DNA of 64,000 nucleotides. It comes from Bugula neritina (Eukaryota > Animalia > Bryozoa). Within the stretch, counting starts at the first letter, position 1; every line of letters starts with the position of its first letter. The stretch covers positions 9,000,698 to 9,064,697 of the forward strand of contig OZ037765.1 of assembly GCA_964035545.1 (NCBI GenBank), given 5' to 3'. Below the pieces are notes generated by a model. It was not told the DNA's origin. It saw only the letters and a list, made by a program, of their open reading frames with translations, and did no database searches. Shown one piece after another: positions 24,801 through 34,802 of the stretch. The position numbers were made by a program, and so were the translations under genes.

Positions 24801-27800
24801 ATGCTGAGCTGCAAGTAAAATTCAAAACAGAAAATAAATTTCAACAGTTGAATCTGCATAAAAAGCTTTTTCAAAAAATTATCTTCAACACAACAACTAA
24901 AATCTTAAAAGTTAGCTTTTCCTGCATAAGATTCACAAAGAGGCTGTTATAGTGGCACGCTGAGAGTTTAGCTAATGACAATAGCCTATCAGATACTTGA
25001 GCTATCGTGTTACTAAGAGTTGCCCTACCAGCCACCGTATAGCTGAGATAGCTACAAGCTAAGACACATAAAACCCAGACAAACAGAGTGAACGGTCTCT
25101 TTCATCTAGCAGCTTTATCACTGGTAAGACATACTATTACATTGTGGTAATCTAACATGGCGCAGTCAGCATTTTAACAAACCTGCCAGTGAGAAACTCT
25201 TTCTGTCCTTACAACTATAGATGATAGATAAGTACTTTCTTCAATTAATCATTATCAGTTGCAAGTGTTTTGAATATAATATAATAATATAAGTGTAGTG
25301 TAGTGTAGTGTAGTGTAGTGTAGTGTATTGTAGTGTAGTGCAGTGTAGTGTAGTGTAGAATAGTATAGTGTTATTGTCAGTGCAGTTTATTGTTACCGTA
25401 GTCTAGTGAGAGATAGTCGTAATTTGATATAGTGATTCACAGTGACAACCGCGATATTACAGTCATTTACAACAAGTGACCGAAACAGTGATACTCAGTG
25501 TTTAAGATATTTTGTGATTGGCATCTTGACATAACACACGAGTAAATCAAGGCTCCAAGCTAGTACAAGTAGTAACCTTTGTAGCACAGGGAATTGTAAC
25601 AACAAAGTCATGGATTTAAATTCATTTCCAAGACTTCAATTGAATTGTAATGATGTGACAGGATCATGGAATGATTGGCTAGCTCAATTTGAGATAACAG
25701 TAGAGTTAACTACTTTGAATCTGGGAAAAGAGACAGTGGAGGGTGTAGAAGTAAATAAATTTAGAGGTAGGACTAAGTTGTTAGCATTGTTGAGCGCAAT
25801 AGGCAATGATGGTAGAGCCACGTTACAATCTCTTGGCTTTGATTTGAGAAACAATGGGAATGAAGGCTATGAGCAAGCATTAGGTCTACTTAGGGGCCAC
25901 TATGATAGGTCAGATAGCTTTTATGTTAAAACAATGAGGTTTGTGACAGTGTCACAGGCCATTGATGAGGATGAAAGAGAATACTTGCTGAGAGTAGAAA
26001 AACTTAGTAGAGAATTAGGTTTAGGTGCTGGGACCGAGGATGTTAGAAGGAGACTTAGTGTTGCCTTAGCAGTAAATGGCTTGCGCGATACTAATGCTAG
26101 GAGACAATTATTGCAAGAACCCGATTTATCCTGGGACGACTTAAATACCAAGCTTAAAGCAAAAAAGCTAGCTAGAGACTCAGACCTACTTTTAAATGAA
26201 GCTAGGACAATAGTGGACGTCAAACAAGAAGTCGGGGCTGTAAGTTCTCTTAAGCAGACTAGAAACAGTAGCAGTGACACCTGTGACAGTTATTCTGTTA
26301 ATAGGGTTTCTAGATCTAGAATAAAGTGGAGACCTTATTTGAGAAGTAGCCTTAGGAATAGTGACCACTATAGAAGTAGAAGCTCGAGTGGATCTAGTAA
26401 TAGCTCTGATGATCATAGTAAACGACATTACAATAGTAGGGATAAATTCTGTTCAAGCCAACGAAGGAGGAGGGATGAAAAACCTCTCGTAGATAGACTG
26501 AATTCGGGTTACTATCATTCTAGGTCTAAAAGGTTTAGCTCCCCTAGAAGAGAAGGAAATCTTTGCTATCATTGTAAAAAACATGATCATAGAATTAGGG
26601 ACTGCCCTGATGTAAGGTGCTTCGTATGTAACTGCCGAGGGCACACCACTAAAGATTGCCCCGAAAGAGAGACCAAACCTTATAGGTCAAGTAGTGGGAG
26701 TAGTGATAGGAATAAGGGTTATAGGAGAGTCAGATTTGCAAGCTGACTATATGATGGCAATGACAGCAAGTTATTTCCTCCTGAACAAGGAGAAATTACG
26801 CATACTAGATGGGGGAGACTAAGCAAACCTCCTAATAGACTAAACATGCAGAGGTATAAATAATGTGTTTTTATAGATATCGTTTTAGAAAACTTGAGAA
26901 AAACAATATATAGATAGAGAAAGAGACAAACAATGAGCAACAGTGAGAAAGAGAAGGAAGGTATAGGGGAACCCGACATGGACTCTTGGTCTAAAGCCGG
27001 ACCCTCAGGAAGACATAAAGAAACGGTAAAAGTAGCTAACCCCCAGGGTAAGCCCAAGAATACAGAAGATAAGGCTAAGCTTAAGAAGCCACATGAGGTA
27101 TGTGGCAACAAGGGCACAATTAGGTGTGCCATCTGTAGATGCTTCAGGGATCACTCTGCCCGAGACTGTCCCAATAATAAGTGTTACAGGTGTGGGCAGA
27201 AAGGTCATTGGGTGGAGGACTGCAGAGAAGTCTATTGCAGTTGGTGTTGTGTCGCAGCCGAACACAAAACCTCAGACTGTAGTCACGCACCTTCTAGCTT
27301 CAAGCGGAAGGCTGTTAATGGTGTTGACTCTCAAGATTCAGCACCAAAATTAGCCAAGGTTTCAGGTAGTCAGAGATCAAACTATGCAAGTGTTGCCTCT
27401 GGTGGTGTAGCTACATCATCAAGCTATGTTCATGCATTAAAGCCTAAAAATGTTATTGTCAGTGAAGTTTCAGGGTTCCTGAATGGCTTGACGGGGTGCG
27501 ACTTCCTGGATGGGGAGGCTTATGCACTAAGGAAAGAGGAATTAAATAGAAAAAAGCAAGAACTTCAACGAAAGTTCAACAGGCAAATGGAAGAGATCAG
27601 TGAGCGAGAGAGTCTCTTGGAAAAGGAGTATCAGTGCTCAATGGCTATTAAAGTAGCAATCGAAAACTGGGCCAGCGTGGCCAACGTGCATTCCAGAGGG
27701 TTGGGTAGCACAATACTAAACCCTGCAACCACAGTTGCGGAAGGTCCCAGTGGTAACCAGGAGGAGTCAAAGGCCGTAGAGGAGTCGCCGACCCCAGGTC

Positions 27801-29915
27801 GCCCTCGGGACGACACTTGGGAGGAGTCAATGGCCGTAGAGCCCCAGACCCCCGGTGTACATGGTGGTTCAGACCTTGGTCTGAGACCGACCTACAGTCC
27901 TAGTCAGCCTCAGGCAACTGAGACTGGGGAGGTGAAGATGGAAACATCTTCTAATCCCGAAGCACTGCATTGAGGTTCTGGTCAGTCTCAGGCAACTGAG
28001 ACTGAGGGAGAAGAGGGTGGGAACATCCTCCGATCCCAACTCACTTACTTACACACTTACCGACACACTAAACAACCTACTCACCTAACTTACTCACCTA
28101 CTTATTTACTCACACACTCAACGACACACTGACTCGCGAACTACTAAATTACAAATAGTTAAAGCTTGTGTTTACAGTTTCTGGCATATAGAGGTGAGTA
28201 AGTTTACCCACAGACATGTGGTACTCATCAGCTTATAGCTTTTAGAAATAGTATGTAATTGAAATGCTTAGTTTTAGCAGGTGGTCACCAGCCTTTATTG
28301 GAAGGGGGCATGTTATAGTGGCACGCTGAGAGTTTAGCTAATGACAATAGCCTATCAGATACTTGAGCTATCGTGTTACTAAGAGTTGCCCTACCAGCCA
28401 CCGTATAGCTGAGATAGCTACAAGCTAAGACACATAAAACCCAGACAAACAGAGTGAACGGTCTCTTTCATCTAGCAGCTTTATCACTGGTAAGACATAC
28501 TATTACATTGTAGTAATCTAACAGAGGCCATAAAGACAATCTTTTAATAAAAAAAGTTATTCCGCAACAGTCGGTTAAACAGCAAATATTAAAATATTAA
28601 AGTTGCATAAAATTAGATATTATTTCTAAACTATTTAAACTATCTAATCAGCTAGATACTTAATTTAATAATGAAAGCCTACTTTCTCCCTACAGAGCAA
28701 GAACTCTCTCTCCCTCAGCTAGGATCATATACAATGCCACAACATTCCCATCCAAAAATATGAAATCAATTATGATTCAACAGGTGGTTGCAAAATCAAT
28801 AGATGGGAAATGCTTCAAAGCAAGCTCTAAAGTAGTCGGCCTCTAGGGCAGTTGGCCAGTACATTGTATGAAGGTACTAACATACCAGAATGCTGCTGCA
28901 TATGATCAAATCTACGCTGCCAGTCCAGCTGAATATTAACTTCGGTGCCAGCATCAATTGGAACTTGGGTGAAGTGCACACCTTTGTCTCCTTTCAAAAA
29001 GACTTTCAACACTGGAATAGCATTCAGCTGGAATATAAAGTTCAAACAAATTAAAATCAGAAACCATCGGAACATGTAACTATAGTTTGTATAATTTAAT
29101 TTACTTAATAGACTAAAGGTTTAATTACTTACAGATCCCCGGTCATCAGGCTACAAAATAAACAAACACATTTAAAAATTGCTTGAATATTTAGACAGTT
29201 TATACATAATGAAATCAATAGTTGTAACTAAAAACTTATGTCTGTATGCATTGTGTGAAAAAAATAAAACAGAGCCCAAATTATGCTAATTATAATACCC
29301 AAAACTTTAAAAAAAGCTTAAAAGTTTTTATTGTTATCTCTTAAAAGGCAACAACAAAAAGGAATACAACTTTACCTGGCCACCTCCTTCCGGAAAGAGA
29401 ATGGTGTCGGCAAGGATCACATGATAGCCAGATAATTTAGAACCATTTATTTTTTCAGAAGCAACTTCACAAGACTCCACAGTGCTAACAAACTAAGAAT
29501 GACCAACATGTTGAAGAAATTGAACTATTACATGCTAAATAAATATATATGGAAGTCTATAAAAATATATACTGCCTAGCATTAAGCAGCTTTACAGAGG
29601 CATTAAATTGATATTTAATAAAATATTTTAATTTTAATTTTAATTATGCACACGTTATGACTGGTTAAAAACCATTGGTTGAAGTGATGGGAAATTGCCT
29701 TACAGTGGTGCACAGACCTAAGCTACAGGTAACTGACTCCTTTATAAGCATTTCTGGTCAATCTAGGCTTATTAGAAGTACAGGAAGAAAAGTAAGTAAA
29801 TGAGACATGAAAGTAAGTGTTGTTAACATACTGAGTCAACCAGCAGTATACAAAACACATAACCTCACTTACTAACTTCTTGCAAATATGAATCTTTTTG
29901 ACATCTCAGTGCCAT
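21843..29915 (-). CDS. AARSD1: Alanyl-tRNA editing protein Aarsd1 (AlaX-like), about 13 coding exons
   Basis: MALRCQKDSYLQE, DTILFPEGGGQ|PDDRGS, DWQRRFDHMQQHSAQHLISAIA (HxxxH), KTRGLPENIAGPLRVMTIEGIDVNLCCGTHVSNL (CxxxH) and C-terminal ELIDGKGAVKGGRLMGKA. Stop at 21843-21845. Confidence 0.95.
24945..25157 (+). repeat. 5' LTR
   Basis: Direct repeat of 28311-28523; starts TG, ends CA. Confidence 0.97.
25158..25171 (+). promoter_or_regulatory. Primer binding site, tRNA-Ser type
   Basis: TGGCGCAGTCAGCA directly follows the LTR and resembles the complement of the tRNA-Ser 3' end (the 17.6/297-type PBS TGGCGCAGTCGG). Confidence 0.8.
25290..25372 (+). repeat. (TAGTG)n pentamer array in the retroelement leader
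   Basis: About 15 units between the PBS and gag. Confidence 0.9.
25610..26746 (+). CDS. gag: Retrotransposon Gag (capsid, Arg/Ser-rich linker, two CCHC knuckles)
   Basis: WNDWLAQF...LLSAIG...Q..DE..EYLLRVEKL...NGLRDTNARRQLL resembles Mag-type capsid. Zinc knuckles CYHCKKHDHRIRDC and CFVCNCRGHTTKDC. Confidence 0.92.
   Translation: MDLNSFPRLQLNCNDVTGSWNDWLAQFEITVELTTLNLGKETVEGVEVNKFRGRTKLLALLSAIGNDGRATLQSLGFDLRNNGNEGYEQALGLLRGHYDRSDSFYVKTMRFVTVSQAIDEDEREYLLRVEKLSRELGLGAGTEDVRRRLSVALAVNGLRDTNARRQLLQEPDLSWDDLNTKLKAKKLARDSDLLLNEARTIVDVKQEVGAVSSLKQTRNSSSDTCDSYSVNRVSRSRIKWRPYLRSSLRNSDHYRSRSSSGSSNSSDDHSKRHYNSRDKFCSSQRRRRDEKPLVDRLNSGYYHSRSKRFSSPRREGNLCYHCKKHDHRIRDCPDVRCFVCNCRGHTTKDCPERETKPYRSSSGSSDRNKGYRRVRFAS
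26933..27973 (+). CDS. Element-borne ORF2: three CCHC-type zinc knuckles, coiled coil and acidic Pro/Ser-rich tail; function unknown
   Basis: 346-aa intact ORF with CAICRCFRDHSARDC, CYRCGQKGHWVEDC, CSWCCVAAEHKTSDC and ALRKEELNRKKQELQRKFNRQMEEISERESLLEKE. Confidence 0.85.
   Translation: MSNSEKEKEGIGEPDMDSWSKAGPSGRHKETVKVANPQGKPKNTEDKAKLKKPHEVCGNKGTIRCAICRCFRDHSARDCPNNKCYRCGQKGHWVEDCREVYCSWCCVAAEHKTSDCSHAPSSFKRKAVNGVDSQDSAPKLAKVSGSQRSNYASVASGGVATSSSYVHALKPKNVIVSEVSGFLNGLTGCDFLDGEAYALRKEELNRKKQELQRKFNRQMEEISERESLLEKEYQCSMAIKVAIENWASVANVHSRGLGSTILNPATTVAEGPSGNQEESKAVEESPTPGRPRDDTWEESMAVEPQTPGVHGGSDLGLRPTYSPSQPQATETGEVKMETSSNPEALH
28311..28523 (+). repeat. 3' LTR
   Basis: Direct repeat of the 5' LTR, preceded by a polypurine tract. 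Confidence 0.97.
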
Positions 29916-31849
29916 TTGTGAACAATAGTTTGAAAGAAAATCTTGTAAATGAGTTAGTTTTCACAGTGTTATAGACTTGTTATAAACTGTCTTCCGAGAT
30001 GTGGAGATTTGAGATCTGAATAATAAAACAACAAAGAAATAGTTAGAATATATTATAGTTGTATAGAGAGTAGTTTGCCCAAAGTTACAACAAAACCTGC
30101 ACACAGATGTACTTCATGTTCAAAAATATTTAAAATAACTGACTATATATAACTCAATCAGTGTACAGCGTTGTTTCAGGGTTAGTCCTCTCATCAGCAC
30201 AAAAGAGAGTACCATAGCCCATGCCTTCACAATAAAAGAAACTTATATTTCTGCCAAATTTCAAAAAACAAAAAACAAGTTGCTGCCTTATAAACTCCTA
30301 CAAACCGGAAATTGGAAAAATAAGTAGACTAATCTTAGATTGAACAAACTATAGAATTCTTACAAACAGATCACTGAATGAATTCTAAGTTTGAAAGTAC
30401 CAGCAACAAAAATCGGTGTGCATTTATATAATTCGGCATAGTAGATTTCTACTCATCAATATCACCAAGTCTAACGAAAAAAGCCCTAAACTTTGCACCA
30501 TCATGACATCACCAGGGTGATGAAAAAGAAATAATCCTAAACTTAACTCTGGACAGGTTGGGGGGGGGGTGGTATGGGAAGTGATTTTAATTTATTTGAT
30601 GTAGAAAATGGAGACTACCCTGGTGCTGAAACTTGAAACACGAGTTGATTATTATTTGTTATCATGATTAGGAGAAATGTCAAACTCCAATATAAACTTG
30701 AATACTGAAATCGAATTTGATTATAATGAAATTTTATAAATCTCATTACCCGCCATCATCAATATAAATCTTAAATTTAATAATACTCCTTACTGTAAAC
30801 GCTGTTATGTTTGCAGAGTTAAACTTATAGTGATTAATAATTCTGAGTCTAGAATTAAATGTTACTATGTTAACTACAGACTTACAGAGTTACTTATACT
30901 AATACTAATAGTCCTAGTTATTATTAGTATAACAAAAATGGCATAGTAATAGTTACACTCATAAGTCAAAATATTACAGATATACTTATAGTTATAGATT
31001 AACTTATACTTATAGTAAGTGTTACGTATATACAGTATACACCATCACCATGGTAAAATTCATTATGATTATACTTATATTCAGACATTTACATAGCAAC
31101 TTCGATTTACTTTTAGTCTTACAAACACCTAAGACTTAAGAGTAAGACGAAGTCCAACACTAACACTAACAGTATATGTAAGTGTAACACTAACAGTATC
31201 AGTATGAGTATCAGTACGAGACATGACTCAGTTTCATTAAGATCACCATGACAATGTGAATGCTTTTACTTTTAGGTTGTGGATGTCATTACAAATATGA
31301 TTATTAATAATTAATATTAATATTATGTTTATTACAATATCAATATCAATATGTCATATGAATACATAATGATAATCATAATGATAATTGATAACGAAAT
31401 TGAATTAATATTATGATAATCATAATCATAATGATAATCATAATGATAATGACAATCCTTAGGCCTAGGGTTATCTGTAATCTGCTAAGCCTAATCTAAG
31501 TCATTAATCACTCAGAGTCAGTCAAAGATGAATGATGATTATCATATTCATTATGATTATCCTTATCATTATGATAATCAGATTATGCCTTAGGCTTATA
31601 CTTATTACGCAATTGTTATAGTACTTATAGTTATGATAACAGTTTGAGTTATGGCCTATGCCCTACGACCTATGGCTTATGATAATAATTATAAATTAAA
31701 TATTATTATTATATAATTATTAATTATTATTATAACTAATAAATATTTAATTTAATTATATTTTGTAAACATTTATTACAGTAAAAATTGTCGCGAGGCT
31801 TAGAGTTAGTTTGTATGTTTAATTATAATAATTCATCATTTCTGCACGC

Positions 31850-32440
31850 CACATCCAATAACACTCAGTCTCACACTGGCATATATCCGTACGCTGTACA
31901 GATATAGGATTTCACTTTCTAAGGATGCATGGGCGTGAAACTGCAATACTATTTAATATACCATTGATGCAGTTTACCTATGAAAGTGTTTATACAGCGC
32001 AATCTCGATTCCAATGTAAATTGCCGCATTGTACGGTAATTATCGAGATCCCATGTTACTTTGCTTATCGGGAAGGCAAACTGTGATTAGTAGTTTGTGC
32101 AACTAGTACTCCGAAAACGACACATCTACTACACATTCATTTATAGCCTTCAGGCTGAGATTTACACCTAATATTGAGCTATTTGCGATTAATTGTAAGG
32201 AGCAATCATTACTACAAGTACGATACTGCTTAGTAGTGCTAATTGGATATACACACATTTTCAACCCGTCAACTTCAAGTTCAACAGATTCAGATTCAGA
32301 TTCAGATTGAAATTCTAATTGCTTCAAGTTCATTAGTAATTTCTAGTAAACAATAATATAGGAGTGGTGGGTGAATACGGATACAATCAACTTTAACTAA
32401 AAATAAAAGTTGAACGCAAAGTTTAGCTCTCTGTGGTAAG
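31850..32440. promoter_or_regulatory. Probable bidirectional promoter with non-coding first exons, AARSD1 / MBD5-like
   Basis: CpG-richer patch between divergent genes. Outward donors at about 31973-31978 (- strand) and about 32436 (GTAAGT, +). Both ATG exons are preceded by acceptor sites. Confidence 0.5.
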
Positions 32441-34802
32441 TCAAAGTATAATATAATTATGAAATAATTAAAATACAATTTTGATTTCCATTAGTCTTGT
32501 TTATAATTGATCACAGTGAAATTGATGATCATAATCAATAAATCACTTTATCATAATGATAATGAATATCAATATAATAATAATAAACTGAAAGTTAAAG
32601 GCAAGTCAGACTTTATTAGTATCACAAGTCTTTGTAACAACTTGAACTTCGACTTGAACTAAGTGAAATGTAACAGTAAATGTAATTTAAATTAGTAATA
32701 CTAATTACTTAAGAACTTATTAAAATAAGGAGTAGGAATAAAATAAATGTGAATTTAACACTAACAGTAACACTAACTGTAGTCTGTAAGAATTTAATTG
32801 TCACTATTAGTATTAGTCCATTGCCATTAATATTATGATTATCATTAGTATTACTATCAGTTTTAGTTTTAGAGAGTGGTTATGACTATAAGTATAACTA
32901 ATACCATAAGGCAGTAACTATAGTAGTACTAAGTATAATTCAATAATGATTAATTCTAAGTACAAGTGTTGTTTAGACTTTAGTGAATAGGTATCAGAAT
33001 GACTTTAAATAGTTTGAATATACACTTACTACTTAATCTTACATATATTCATACTCATATTGATATTCAGTTTCATAATTCATATTGTTCAAATGCAGTT
33101 TATTAACTATGCAATGTTAAAGTGACTCAAGTGTAATACTAGTAACTAGTAGTAAAATACTTAATTTTAAATTATAATGACCGTTGAATTTAATCATTTA
33201 ATGCAACTTTGAATTATCATCTGGTATTATACTAGTAAAAGTATCTTTCTAAGTATTTATCATTTTTGATTTAACCATTAGTGCATAGCAATTATGATTA
33301 TGGCAGCATTTAAATATACTGATTTGCATTACGATTATGATTAAGTTCCACCATCACCACTTTAAGTTTTGGTCATGCTGATGCAGCTACTAATAAATTA
33401 GTGTAATAACATGTTGGTAGTAATATAAGGTGAAATTCATTGAAATATTTAAAAATGTCTAGTCCAAATGAAGGTTTTATAATAAAATTTCATACAATTA
33501 CATGAGGCATATTGATATTAAAACATTTTTATTATAAAAATACTTGAATACTTAGTTTTAAGGTACTACTTATAAGCTACCAGTCGATTTTTTGTTTATT
33601 TGCCAATGCTTATGCTTGAGAAATAGATGAACATAAAATTAAATACCATTACAATGGAATAAAAATATATTTACGAGTTATAATCATCGTTGTCACTCTT
33701 TTTTGACATCCATAAATATGACATTTTGAATGCTTTGTCAATTGATAAAGCATATTTTAGTACCCAAATCTTGCAGTAAATTAATTTGAATCACTAAATT
33801 ATATATTGTTATACTTAACTTACTCAGTTGTTCTATAAACTAGAAGCATATCCGTAGTAACCAAGTGTTGAACTACTTCTTTTTATTATAGTTTTTAAGC
33901 GGTGACCATAACATTTAGCTAACTCTGTTGACTATTAGACTTTATAGGCACATATTGACATTTATATTAGAGCAATGCTGTTCTAGTATTGCCAGTTTTA
34001 CTATTATGTTACATTTTTATTGTGTTAGACCTGCTATCTTTATTAATAGTAGGTGCTTTAATGAATTTATTAATTTATTTAATGCTTCATGTGTTTAGTT
34101 GCAAAATTAACAAATGTTGATATGTAATGTGTATATGACTATTATGAAAGCACTAATAAATTGCTAAATACAGTTTAAATCGCTACCTACTGAAATCAGA
34201 GCTAAAGAGTAATGTAGGAAAGTAGTAGATAGATGTTTGTTGAAGTTTGTTTTGTAGATTATTAATTGCTATTTATCTTGCTTTTGATCTTTATCCAGTT
34301 TATCACTGTAGATATTGTCACTATCATTTACAAAATTCCCTGTTGGTGAAAATTACGATCTGTTATATATGAAGGATTGCTAATGTTGCATGGCTATGGG
34401 TTGAAACTTGGGGATATTTTTGGTCTCTTTGATTCTTCAGCATTGCCATATGTTATTAGTATTCGCAGTAACAGTTGATGTTTTATTATGAAAAATCAGG
34501 TTAAATGTTCAGCAAACATAGCTCTGGAGAAAAGAAATCGAACATTTTTTTATTGATATTTTAATTTTACAAGTTAGTTGATGCCTACTAGTATTAGTAT
34601 ATTAGTGGATAGCCTTTTGGCACCATGGCTCGGTTTTTATTTGAAGGATTACCAAACTATTTTGATTTGTATTAACTGCTTTTTCCTTCATTATGCTCAT
34701 CTCACTTCAAAAATTATCATTATTTTTCAGGTTTCTCAATAGTTCTTGATGATTTTGGAATTATGTAATGCTTCAAGTGGAGATTAACACATTTCAGCAG
34801 TT

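Larger units (their letters stand above)
24945..28523 (+). mobile_element. Non-autonomous Ty3/gypsy (Mag-like) LTR retrotransposon lacking pol, inserted antisense in AARSD1 intron 24809-28885
   Basis: TG..CA LTRs at 24945-25157 and 28311-28523 (213 bp, 1 mismatch). TSD GAGGC at 24940-24944 and 28524-28528. PBS TGGCGCAGTC at 25158. PPT GGAAGGGGG at about 28300. Contains gag and a second ORF. Confidence 0.95.

Noticed and set aside
25921-27830. Antisense and overlapping ORFs inside the retroelement (25921-26280, 26719-27132, 27005-27265, 27093-27353 and others)
   Set aside because: They are shadows of gag and ORF2 with no recognisable motifs.
32103-32333. 76-aa ORF with an ESESES run, and similar ORFs such as 41839-42045
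   Set aside because: By-products of the period-6 low-complexity lattice, not proteins.
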